Positions 20,989 through 31,439 of a DNA stretch of 64,000 nt are shown here, in pieces. The DNA is from an uncultured Candidatus Entotheonella sp. (GTDB lineage Bacteria; Tectomicrobia; Entotheonellia; Entotheonellales; Entotheonellaceae), in contig OZ244252.1 of NCBI GenBank assembly GCA_965217185.1, positions 3,168,001 through 3,232,000 on the forward strand, written 5' to 3'. The position numbers and the translations under genes are program-made. Every line of letters starts with the position of its first letter. Position 1 is the first letter of the stretch. A model generated the notes under the pieces. The model was not told the DNA's origin, made no database searches, and was given only the letters and a program-made list of their open reading frames with translations.

Positions 20989-21843
20989 TTACCCTGGGGC
21001 CGCCAGCACGGCGGGCAGCGCCAGAACCGCTTCCTGCAGACAAGCGCGCAGGCGCGCGATATTCGCCTCGTCTTTGTCGGGGGCCTCGCCGCGCGACACC
21101 TGGGCGATGAATTCCTGCCGCGGGGTCGTCATCAGCAGGGAAGCATTGATTTCCAACTGAACGGCGTGCTGCCGGTCGCTGATTGGCTTCCCATAGGTCA
21201 CCACCAGATTGCCGCCCGTATACCCGCTGATGTTGTGATGCACCTCGAAGCCATGGCGCGTGAAGATGGTCGTGATCGGTTCCACCAGGGCCTCGTCGCA
21301 CGTCGCACCCCGCCGGGTTCCAATAATAATCTCGTAATCCTTCATGCGCCGCGGGCTGCCCGTGTGCCCGTCGATGAGCAGGGCATATCCGTAGGCAGCG
21401 CGAATCTCGCCGAGCAGACGTTCGAGCGTGGCGTAATACGGGTCGTAATAGGTCTTCAGGCGGGCTTCAAGCTGGTCTGGCGTCAGCGGCTTGGCAAAGA
21501 TGGGCGCGTCGCGAATGGTGTGGGTGCGCACCACGCCACGATGCGAACGAATCGTGGCGCCCTCTATCTCGAAATCATCGCGGCGGCGGTTCACGTCCAC
21601 AAAGATGCGCGACAGCGGCGTTGCCAGCACGGTAGTGCCTTGTTCGTGCAGGTCGGCGTAGAGGTCGCCGACGAAGGTGTCGGCAAATCCGTAGGCGAAG
21701 GTTTCAAACCAGGGTTCGCAGTAGTCTTCGGTCGTCATGCCGGGCAGGGGTTGCGTGCCGAAGTGGGGAATGCTCACCAGGATGGGGCTGCGGGCCGTTC
21801 CGGCGGCAGCGGGGTATTTGACGATAGGGAACGCCTGCGTCAT
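20989..21843 (-). CDS. N-formylglutamate amidohydrolase family
   Basis: VSIPHFG, SRIFVDVNR, YYDPYY, IDGHT, VQLEIN; ATGA overlap with the larA stop. Confidence 0.88.
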   Translation of the reverse strand: MTQAFPIVKYPAAAGTARSPILVSIPHFGTQPLPGMTTEDYCEPWFETFAYGFADTFVGDLYADLHEQGTTVLATPLSRIFVDVNRRRDDFEIEGATIRSHRGVVRTHTIRDAPIFAKPLTPDQLEARLKTYYDPYYATLERLLGEIRAAYGYALLIDGHTGSPRRMKDYEIIIGTRRGATCDEALVEPITTIFTRHGFEVHHNISGYTGGNLVVTYGKPISDRQHAVQLEINASLLMTTPRQEFIAQVSRGEAPDKDEANIARLRACLQEAVLALPAVLAAPG

Positions 21844-23210
21844 CGGGGTTCCCGAAGGACCGGGACGGCGTGCGCGCCGTCGCGAATAAGCCCCAGGCGC
21901 GGCGGTCGGCCGAGGCGCTGTTGCCACGCCGCAACCGTCCGTTGAGTAGCTTTCTCGACCATCGGCCCCAGCGCGCTTTCGCCGCTGTAGGCGTATCCCG
22001 AGGTGAGGGGCAGTTTTTCAAGGTCGCCGGCGCTGATGCCGTTTGTGCAGTAGATCAGCCCAGCCGGGCCACCGACTTTCTCCAGCACCTTGCACCACAT
22101 TTCCACTTCCCACTGGTCCTTCTGCACGCTCGGGCGTTTGAACAACGCCGCGATGTAGTCGCGCGGGCACGGCAAGCTGCTCAGCAGGGCGAGCTCGTGC
22201 ACGTACTCCGCGGCGCCGACACCGTCGCTGCTGTTGGCCACCTGGATGAGGCTGCCACCGTCGCCCAAAATGGGCAGGGCGCCGATGGCGGCCTTGGCGG
22301 CCTGGTAGTGGTCAATGGTGGAATCAATGGTGATCAGTACCTCATAGGGCGCTGCGACCGGCACGCTGACCGCCTCGGCCAGGGATTCGGTGGCGCGCTC
22401 GAAGGCGAGCCGCCAGTCGCCGGCGTACACGCCCGTCAATTCCTTTTCCTCGTTCATGGTGACGTTGATGAGGAAATCGGCGCCGACCCGCTCGGCCACT
22501 TCGGTGGCTTCGCGGTGGCAGGGGTTGGCGTCGAGGCTGAGGTTGGTGGCGCCGGGGTCTTCGAGGAATGGCGGACTGTGGAATTTCTGCAGCGTTTCCA
22601 GGTTGGCCAAACCGGGACAGATGGCCTTGCGGCCGCCCGAAAATCCGGCCATGAAGTGGGGCTTGATCTCGCCGGTGAGGATTTTGATGTCGGCATCGAG
22701 ATAGCGTCTGTTAATCAGCACGTCCGTACTGCTGTCCGTGGTGGTCACGAACCGCAGCACGTCGCGGTCCGTCGCGCTGTGATCGATAATCGGGTAGCGG
22801 GCCAGCACGTCGTCGCCATACAGGCGGCGTTTCTCGGCGTCGGTGGTGGCGCGGTGCGTGCCGGTGGCCACCAGAACAACGATGTTCTCCGGCAGCAGAC
22901 CCTGCGCTTCGAGGGCGCGAAGAACCGGATGCAGAATGCTCGATTCGCCGGTGTAGGGAACGTCGGGCCGGGTCATGTCGGAAACGACCACGACGGCCGT
23001 GCGCTGCGCGGGGGCCTTGTCGGGGCGGGCGTCGCGGATGACGTCGGCCAGGGACGCAGTACCGATGGGTGCGGCGAGCGCTTGGGCGATAGCGCCGGCC
23101 GGATCGGCCAGCGCGGCGGGCGGGTGGGGCACCGTGAGGATATCCGTGCCTGCCGGCACCTCAAACGACACCGCCGGAACATCGATCTCCAAACGACAGG
23201 GGCCGGTCAT
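21840..23210 (-). CDS. larA: Nickel-pincer-dependent lactate racemase homolog (LarA/DUF2088)
   Basis: SDMTRP, ATGTHR, PHFMAGFSGGRK motifs. Confidence 0.88.
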   Translation of the reverse strand: MTGPCRLEIDVPAVSFEVPAGTDILTVPHPPAALADPAGAIAQALAAPIGTASLADVIRDARPDKAPAQRTAVVVVSDMTRPDVPYTGESSILHPVLRALEAQGLLPENIVVLVATGTHRATTDAEKRRLYGDDVLARYPIIDHSATDRDVLRFVTTTDSSTDVLINRRYLDADIKILTGEIKPHFMAGFSGGRKAICPGLANLETLQKFHSPPFLEDPGATNLSLDANPCHREATEVAERVGADFLINVTMNEEKELTGVYAGDWRLAFERATESLAEAVSVPVAAPYEVLITIDSTIDHYQAAKAAIGALPILGDGGSLIQVANSSDGVGAAEYVHELALLSSLPCPRDYIAALFKRPSVQKDQWEVEMWCKVLEKVGGPAGLIYCTNGISAGDLEKLPLTSGYAYSGESALGPMVEKATQRTVAAWQQRLGRPPRLGLIRDGAHAVPVLREPR

Positions 23211-23322
23211 ACCATCCCTCCTCTTGAACCCGAAAAGCGCGCCCGCGCCGGACATCCAGCGCGACTGTCAGGGCGCTCGTTTTACTTATGGGAGCCGTTT
23301 TTGTCAAGGCGTTTCGCGCCAC

Positions 23323-24293
23323 GGTAGTGGCTCAGTTTGAGTGCGACCTGAAGTCGCATTATGTGAGTGATTCCCATAAGGAATCCTGGCCAGTGTGCAG
23401 GCCAGTCGCCGACCTCGCATGCGCCGCTGGTAACGGCGGGGTGTGAAGCCGAGGCCAAAAGCCTAATGGCAACGGTAGCCATAACCGAACCCAGGGCAAG
23501 GCGAAGAACGGTAAGGTGAACGTAAGTGAACCTTCGTCTGAAGCGTCGTCAAGCCAAGCTGTCGAAACGTGGACGATACGGCAGTATCGGGTCATACGTG
23601 AAAAGGGGATTTCAAACGCCCCTGTACGCACACCATAGGCCCCGGCGTATAGAAGGCACCTAAGCCGCCCGTATCTCAACAATGCGAAACAGGACAACCC
23701 CGTTGAGGTCTGGTCTTTGAACCAGCAGCCCGACCGTAAGGAAAGGTCAACTCCTCAGCGGGCACAGGAGGTTGCAAGAAGCGAAGGCCAGCCGCCGAAA
23801 GGCAAAGCGAAACCATAAGCTGCTGGATAGGGCACATAGCCAACCCGAAAGGGTGCTGACGTGCAACTGGTGAGCTAGCCTTGAAACATGGCAACGATGG
23901 CAAATTCTTGGCGGATGTTAGATGCACGGGTAACCGTTGCAAACAGAGCCAAGACACCAGCATAGCCGGTGCGCCATTCGAGACTGTGAACTCAAGGGCC
24001 TTGTGAAGGCTTAATTGGCTTGCTTGAGCCGTGTGCGGTGAAAGCTGCAAGCACGGTTCTTAGGGGAGGGGGTGACAGCGATGCTACCCCCTTACCCGAC
24101 AAAGACTGGCTCACGTGTTCCAGACGGGTTGCACGTTCGGTCGTCCGGCGCCGGTTTCCCCCTCACCCCGCCCCTCTCCCATCAGGGGAGAGGGGGAGAC
24201 CCCCCAGTCGGTCCCCTCCCCCCTCCGTGGGGGAGGGCCAGGGAGAGGGGGAAGCGTTGGTGTGAGAAGGAAATTTGAAAGTGAGCCACTACC
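23323..24293 (+). mobile_element. MITE-like element, copy 1 (about 211 bp net), interrupted by a group II intron
   Basis: Terminal inverted repeats GGTAGTGGCTCAGTTTGA(AA)…TTTGAAAGTGAGCCACTACC. Near-identical to 31440-31701 once 23341-24100 is removed. Confidence 0.85.
23341..24100 (+). ncRNA. ORF-less group II intron (760 nt)
   Basis: 5' GTGCG; 34-nt domain V GAGCCGTGTGCGGTGAAAGCTGCAAGCACGGTTC (24026-24059) with AGC triad and GAAA loop; domain VI with bulged A at 24094; 3' end AC. Boundaries confirmed by the empty site in MITE copy 2. No RT ORF. Confidence 0.95.
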
Positions 24294-24316
24294 GATGGCT
24301 CTTATGTGGCCTGCAA

Positions 24317-25186
24317 AGCCTGCCCTCGACTCCGATCGGGGGCGGGCATCCACCGGCTGTCAATGGATGCCGGAGGCGGCGCTATTCACAAACACCCTCT
24401 AAGTGACGTTACGCGGCTGCCCTCCGACCGAGCGGGCGGGAATCCGTGGCCCCCCCCCGTTCACGCCGGGGCAGGGTCCACAGACCACAAACAAGTCATA
24501 AACACAGGCCTCCCGAGAGCGGTCACTCCGGCGCAAGAACGTCACCCCCGGACCCCGTATCAAGTGCGGGGCAGGCCATGCGCCGGAATGACGATTCGAG
24601 CCTGGGAGCGCGGGCATCTTGCCCGCAGGGTTCCGCTTGGCGGGCTGGAAGCCCGCGCTCCCAGGCATGGGGAGCACTGGCTGCCGCCCGTGCCTGCGGC
24701 GCTCGGCACATCGTCACGCGGAACGTCAGGGACTACGAACGCGCTCCCATCCGTGGCGGCGTACCGGCGGGCCGGGGAAGCCGGTCGACAGGGATTGGTG
24801 AGGGATGAGGACGCCGAGACTTATTTTCTGATGTTACGCGGCTTTGGAGAATTGGCGTGGCGACGTGCCCCAAAGGGTTATTGCCGCGCGGAGCCTGCCC
24901 TCGACTCCGATCGGGGGCGGGAATCCACTGGCGGCCGATGGATGTCGGGCTTGACGTGCAGGCGGGACCTATGCCTGCGGACGATGGCGTTCTGGGCGGC
25001 AACTGTTGGAACAGACGCCTCAAGATGGGTTGACAAGTTGCCAAGATGTAGGTCGGGTTAGCCGCAGGCGTAACCCGACGTTGCGACGCGCAGAGCACCT
25101 GTGCCGCACCGTCCAACGCCCCAAGCGGTCATTCCGGCGCACGGCCTGCCCCCCGGCTTGAACGGGGGGCAGGCCGTGCGCCGGCA
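24317..25186. repeat. Cluster of REP-like palindromic repeats of several types
   Basis: Direct repeat at 24317-24357 and 24892-24932; hairpins at 24522-24592, 24601-24665, 25048-25079 (GTAG-type) and 25128-25186. Confidence 0.75.
24677..24760 (+). pseudogene. PIN-domain (VapC-like) C-terminal remnant
   Basis: LAAARACGARHIVTRNVRDYERAPI resembles the PIN C-terminal A..A…IVTRN.RD motif; no upstream part. Confidence 0.5.
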
Positions 25187-25199
25187 CCGGAGCAACGCC

Positions 25200-28100
25200 C
25201 TACGGCCACAGGAAGTCCGCCGCCAACAGGTCCGCTACCGCGACGCCCAACAGCCGCACCGTGCCGCCGCCGTGGGCGCGCAGGTCCAGGATCGTCGCGC
25301 TGCCGTCCGCCGTCAGCGTCAGCGACGCGAAACCCTCAAGGCCCGCGAAGGCGCTCAGGTCGATGCGGTCGCCCTCCTCGGGGGTGAAGTCGGTGATCGT
25401 GTCGGCGCCGTCACCGGCGGCGAACACGAACGTATCGGCGCCCGTACCGCCCGTCAGGCTGTCCGCGCCGCCGTCGCCGTACAGCTCGTCGTGCCGCTGC
25501 CGCCGTACAGATCGTCGTCACCCGACGCCGCGCCGCTGTCGTCGTCGTCGCCGCCGGACAGGGTGTCGTCGCCGCCGTTGCCGAGCAGCACGTCATCACC
25601 CGCTTGCCCGCTCAGCGTATCGTCGTCGGCGGTACCGGTGAGGCGCCGCGCGGTCGCCGGACCCAGCACCGTCGTCGAGATCGTCGCCGACAGCGCGCCC
25701 GTCCCGTGCACACCGCCCCCGGTGCGAGCGTCACCGTCACGTCGGCAAGCGAACCCGGCTTGACCGTCACCTCCCACAGGTCCTTGCGCCGGTCCACCCG
25801 CTTCGCGTTCTTCACGCTCCCGCCGGACACAGACAACGACTGGTCGCGGAACGTCCGGAAGCCGATCGAGATGTCCTCGCTGAACGCGATCCTGAGCTTG
25901 AACGCCGTCTCCCCGTCATGCTCATGGGGCGCCTCCACGAAACTCGCGGTCAGCGCCACGGGCGTGGCTTCGACCACCGGGCCGGCCACCGTCGCCGCCG
26001 GCGTGTTGGCGAGCTGCCGCCGGTTCCCGCCCCGGGTGCAGATCGCCCCGGAGACCGCGCACTCGCGCCCCGCCGCCAGCGTGACCGTCACATCGCCCTC
26101 GCCGTCGGGCTCGACCGTGATTCGCCACAGGTCGTGGCGCCCGTCCACCCGGCGCGCCTTGGTCACCTCGCCCCCGTCCACCGTGAACGAATCGTCGCGC
26201 ATCGACCGGAAGCCGATCCCGATCTCCTCGCTGAACGCCACCCGGAAGTGGAACCCTTCCTCGCCGTCATGCGCCTCCGGCAGGCCCTCGAAGCTCGCCG
26301 TCAGCGCCGGCTCGGTCTCGGGGCCCGGGCCGGGCACGATGTGCGCCGGCACCACCGACAGGGCTCGGCCGTCCGATGTGCAGACCGCGCCCGCCGCCTC
26401 GCAATCCTCCGTCCGGGCCAGAGCAATCGACAGATCCTCGCGGCTGTCCGGCGTGACCGTGATCTCCCACACGCCGCTCTCCCCGTCGACGCGGGCCGCG
26501 CCGGTCGCCGCGCCGCCCGCCACCGTCAGGACGCGCGTACGCATGGCCTCGGGCGTGACCGCGACCGCCTCGCTGAACGCGAGGCGGAAGCTGAACGCGG
26601 TCTCCCCGTCGTGCGCCTCCGGCAGCCCCTCGAACGCCGCCGTCAGCGGCTCCGCCACCCCGGCCAGGGCGCTGTCCTCCACGTTCCAGCAGCGTACCCC
26701 CGCATCCTCGTTGTGCGAGCAGTTGTGCAGCCCCCAGCCCGCGTACCCGCAGCGCGCTCTCCCCCGTCAGATCGGCGTCGCCCGCCGCGCACGTCAGGTC
26801 GTCGAGCCAGATCGGCAGCGGTCCAGGCTGTCCATCCGCCGGGTAGCTGCTGCCCACCGGGTAGTAGGTCATCTCCGGCTCGGACGTTTGGCTCGGCACC
26901 CCCGACTGGCCGTAGCCCGACGCGTATTCGCCGGTGTCGTAGCCCATGGACTGGCAGACCAGGGCGGGCGCATTGTTGGCGGGTTCAGTTTCCGTGAAGG
27001 TGCCCGTTGGGTCGCCGTCCGCATCCAGGTCCGGGACGAACCTGAAGGTATTCTCCTTCGAGAAGCCGTCGCTGCACACCGTGCCCCAGCGCCCGGCGTG
27101 GAACACCTCGACGCGCGCCACATGCCCGTTCAGGTGACCTTCTGTGTCGTCCGAATAGTCCTCCACGGTGTCGGGCGCCAGGCGGAACTCCCCTTCGACG
27201 CCCGGCTCGCGTTCCAGCGCGTCCGGCACCTCCACCGGCAACCCCGACGCGGCCTTGACGTATTCGTAGCCGCTATGCCTGGGGGGCAGCGACGGCAGAG
27301 GCGTGCCGAGATCCACCGTGACGTCGCCGGTCTCCTCGGTGCGGATCACGCTCACCGGGACGCCCGCCACCGAGCCCTTCGCCACCCGCAGCCCCGTTGC
27401 ACCGAACGCGAGCGTGCCGTTCTCCACGATCACCGGCAGGACCAGGTCCGATGGCGCCCCCGCGAGCACCTTCGCCCGCACCTGGCCGTCCTCCGCCGTC
27501 TCCAGGGTCACGGTGAGCGGCAGCACATCGCCAGCGGCGGGGTTGTCGGTCAGACTGAGGGCTGTCAGCCCCGTCAGGCCGGAGAACAGCCCGTCGGGAA
27601 GCGAGGTCAGTTGGTTGTAGCCCAGATTGAGACCCTCCAGCTTCGAGAGCCCGGAGAACAGCCCTGCGGAAAGCTCGGTTATGCCAATGTTCTCCAGACT
27701 GAGGAACGTCAGACTCGAGAGCTCGGAGAACACGGTCCCGGGGAGCGAACTCAGAACGTTGCCGCTGGACAGATCGAGAGTTTCCAGCGCTGTCAGGCCG
27801 GAGAACACCTCGGCAGGGAGCACACTCAGAACGTTGTCTTCCAGATCGAGAGTTTCCAGCGCCGTCAGGCCGGAGAACACGGTCTCGGGGAGTGAGGTCA
27901 CCCTGTTGCTATTCAGGCCAATGTACGTCACCGCCGTCAGGCCGGCGAAGTCGCCCGCCTTCAGCGACGTGATCCTCTTTCCCTCCAGAACCAGCACCGT
28001 CACCGTCGCCAGGTCCGCGACGGTCACCGCCGCGCAGTCGCTGACGGCGGAGAGCCGCGTCAGGATTTCGTCCTGCACCTGCTGCGTGCGGTCGCAGATG

Positions 28101-30919
28101 CCGGGGGTCGGCGTGACCGGACCCGCCATCGCCTCGCCGCCGGCGCCGTCGGCGCTCACCGCGCGGAGCTGGAAGGTGTGGGGCACCTCGTTGGTGAGCC
28201 CTGACGCCGTGAACGAGGCCTGGTTCGCGCCGCCGACCTCGCTGTTCGCAATCTGCACCCAGTTCCCGTAGCTCCCGTCCGTCTTGAACTGGTACTCGTG
28301 GCGCATGACGCCCGAATCCGACGCCGGCGCGTCCCAGGAGAGCGCCACCTTCGCGTCGCCGGCCGGCCTGGCCATGAAATTGGTCGGCGCGGCCGGGCCC
28401 GGCGTCTCCGCGTTGGTGCTGACCACGTCGGAGGGGTTCGAATAGGTGCTCGGCGTCTCGCCGTTGAGCGCCTTCACCTGCACCACGTACTCCGTGGTCG
28501 CCGTCAGCCCGGTGATCGTCGTTGTGGTCGTCGTGCCCGTGTGCGGCCAGTCGACAGCGGGACTCCAGGGGTCGGTCGCGCTCGCCCGGCTGCGGTAGCG
28601 CAGTTGGTAGCCGGTGATCTCCGGGCCACCGTTCAGCCCCGGCTCGGTCCAGCTCACGTCCAGGCTTGTGGACGAGCCCGAGACCGCCGTCACCGTCGGC
28701 TTGTCCGGTTTGTCCGGCTGCTCGTCCTCGTCCATCACCGTCACCGTGATCGTCTGGTCCGCCGTCTTCACCCGCGCGCCCGTACCGCTGGTCGCCCGCA
28801 CCACCACCACGTAGGCGTTGTCGGTGCCCGCGTCCTGCGGGTCCTCGTAGTTGGGCGCCGCCTGGAACGTCAGCGCGCCGGAGGTGATAGCGAACAGCGC
28901 CTGGTCCGTGCCGCCGTTGAGCGCGTAGCCGGTGATGTCGTCAGTCGTGTCGATGTCCTCCGCCTCCACCGTGCCCACCGCCGTCTGGTTCTCCGCCGGG
29001 TTGAAGGTCGTTGAAGAGGTGAACGCCGGCGCGGCGTTGGTCGCGTCCGGCAGGATGGTCGCCGGCAGGTTCACGGTCGCCTTGACGAAGGTGTAGCCCC
29101 TGTGATTCCCGGGCAGCGTCGGCTGGGTCGTCAGGTCGACGTCCACGGTCGCCGCCGCCGTCGTCCCGGCCGTGCGGGTCACGGTGACCGGCTCGCTGTA
29201 CACCTCGCCCGCCGCCACACTGAGCTCCGTCACGCTGCCCGCGAGCGTCCCGTTCACCAGCGTCACCGGAATGGCGACCGCGAACGGCGCCCCCGCGAGC
29301 ACCTTCGCCCGCACCTGGTTGGTCCCCACCTTCTCCACCGTCACCGTGAGCTCCATCGGATTGGTGGAGTTGCCGTCCAGGGTGAGCCGAATCAGCGCCG
29401 TCAGGCCGGAGAACAGCTCCTCGGGAAGCGAACTCAGATCGTTGCTGGTGAGTTCGATGATCTGCAGCGCCGACAGGCCGGCGAACGCCCCGGCCCGTAA
29501 CTCGGTGAAAGAGTTCCCCGACAGATTGATGTGTCGCAGCGTCACGAGCCCGTCGAACACCCCCTCGGGCAGAGACTCAAGCTTGTTGCTGCGCAGGTTG
29601 AGCTCGTCCATCTTGGCCAGATCGGCGAAGATCCCCTCGGGAAGCGACGACAGGCGGTTCAGGCTTAGGTCGAGGACCGTCAGCGCCGTCAGCCCCGCGA
29701 AATCGCCCTTCTGAAGCGAGGTGATCCCCTGGTTGGACGTGCTCAAGCCAAAGGCCCCGAGCGACGTGATCGCGGCCAGATTCGCGTCGGTCACCGCCGC
29801 GCAGTTATCCACGCCCGAGATCTCGCCCAGGATCGCGTCCTGGATCTTCTGCGTGCGGTCGCAGATGCCGAGCATCGGCGTCACCGGACCCGCCGTGACC
29901 GCGTCGCTATTGACGCCAGCGCTTACCGCGTGGAGCTCGAAGGTGTAGGCCACCTCGTTGGTGAGCATTGTCACCGTGAACGAGTCCTCGTTCGCCTCGT
30001 CCGGCGCGCTGTTCGCAATCGCCGTCCAGGTCAGGGGATAGTCCCCGTCCGTCTTGTACCGGAACTCGTGGCCCGTCACCCCCGAATCCAACGCCGGCGC
30101 TTTCCAAGCGAGCGCCACCTCCATGTTGCCCGCTTTCGCGGTGAAGTCGGTCGGCGCGTCCGGCGGCGTCGTCCCGCCTACCGCGGTGCCGTTGACGCGG
30201 AGAAACAAGACGTGGTCGGTGCTGGTCCAGCTCGCGCCAGCACGGGCACGAAACCAGCTGTTATCCGCGATGGTCCAATCGGTGACGGAGGTCGCGTCTT
30301 CAGAAGCCGATGTCGTGGCCGACCAGGTCACACTAGAGCCGGCCAGGTTGTAATCCGCCACGACGAGATATGTGTTACCCGCCGCGAGCGTTGCGCCCGC
30401 AGGGGCGGTAAAGCTCGTCGCGACGTCGGCTGCCACGCTCGCCGGATTGGTCAAGGTATGCAGGGAACTGGCCGGACTGCCCGAGGAATCGGCGGACCAC
30501 ACGCTGACGCTCAGCGAGCCGATCTGCGTGGCCCCAATGTTGCTATCGAAGACAACCTCGATCGAGGTGAGCGTGTAGTCGCCGCCGACGCTGGGGACCG
30601 AAAAGCCCTGCGCTGGCAGGTACGAGACATTAGCGAGAGTACCGCCACCAGACTCGGTCTGCTCGATATTGCTCACCAGCACGCCGGCGGACTGCGCCTG
30701 GGCCGTGGCGGGCAGGGCGAGGGCGCCGAAGAGCGCGAGCAGCGCCGCGGCGGCGAGCGTCCGCACGGAGTGGACGAGGCCGCGCCGCGTGCCGGCCAGG
30801 CGCCCGAAACCCGGCCGCGCGGCGGCGGATGCGGTCGATGGAGAAGGATGGCCGCCCCGAGGGGACGGCAGGCGGTCAGGCGGCGCGGGCGGGCGGTGCG
30901 GCTCCTGAGGCGCCGTCAT
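25200..30919 (-). pseudogene. Giant surface/secreted protein (signal-like segment, FN3, LRR blocks, cadherin, SRCR, three Ig-like repeats, RTX Ca-binding C-terminus); frame disrupted near 26750, 25705 and 25492
   Basis: Consecutive ORFs 26267-31288, 25612-26682, 25454-25777 and 25200-25427 continue one another across frame changes. LxxLxLxxNxLxxLP LRRs, PNYEDPQD cadherin motif, WGTVC…IWLDDLTC…NCSHNEDAGVRC SRCR motif, GGxGxD repeats, DTITDF…DRIDL. Start at ATG 30919 is a best guess. Confidence 0.8.
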
Positions 30920-30930
30920 GGCCTCGGCTC

Positions 30931-31090
30931 CGGCTCGGCTCGGCTCGGCTCGGCTCGGCTCGGCTCGGCTCGGCTCGGCTCGGCTCGGCTCGGCTCGGCT
31001 CGGCTCGGCTCGGCTCGGCTCGGCTCGGCTCGGCTCGGCTCGGCTCGGCTCGGCTCGGCTCGGCTCGGCTCGGCTCGGCTCGGCTCGGCT
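30931..31090. repeat. Pentanucleotide microsatellite (CGGCT)32
   Basis: 32 perfect units, directly visible, immediately upstream of ATG 30919. Confidence 0.98.
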
Positions 31091-31094
31091 CGCA

Positions 31095-31124
31095 AGATGA
31101 AAACCGCATTCCGGGAATGTCAAG
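31095..31124 (-). promoter_or_regulatory. Putative sigma70 promoter for the giant gene
   Basis: Minus strand TTGACA-N18-CATCTT directly upstream of the microsatellite; the -10 is imperfect. Confidence 0.4.
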
Positions 31125-31439
31125 CCTTTTTTGACGGGGGCGGCGCAGGGCCTGCCGGGCACGCCGCTGAGGCGCCGTGCCTGCATGGCCCGCTCCTCTT
31201 CACGTGCAAAGCCGTTGGCGGTTTCGATCTCGCCCGTCGCCGAACTTCCTGCCGTCACACTACCTGTCGCGCTGATCCTGTCGGGCACGCTGTGCTCCTC
31301 CGTTTGTGAGATGGATGCGGTCTTCCCCGCCGGCAGAATCTCTGATCACGTCGTTGCCGTGACCAGGGGCGCCGATTGCCCACACGCCGGAGGCGCACTA
31401 TACACGAAAATGAAAACCGAAATACCTCCCATATGGGAG

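Noticed and set aside
23359..24050. ORFs within the intron (23359-23697 and 23676-24050, minus strand) as an intron-encoded protein
   Set aside because: They are antisense to the intron, short, and lack RT (YADD) or maturase motifs.
24020..25116. ORFs across the MITE/REP region, and similarly at 31444-31815
   Set aside because: Translations of GC-rich palindromic repeats with no protein-like features apart from the short PIN remnant.
30931..31090. CRISPR array, or a real AEPSR/LGSAR repeat protein
   Set aside because: A pure 5-bp tandem repeat with no spacers. The peptide repeats appear in all frames as a by-product.
31125..31288. Upstream extension (MPDRISATGSV…) as the true N-terminus of the giant protein
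   Set aside because: The signal-like segment lies downstream of the repeat and a promoter-like box sits in between. It is more likely a remnant of another surface-protein module, though not fully excluded.
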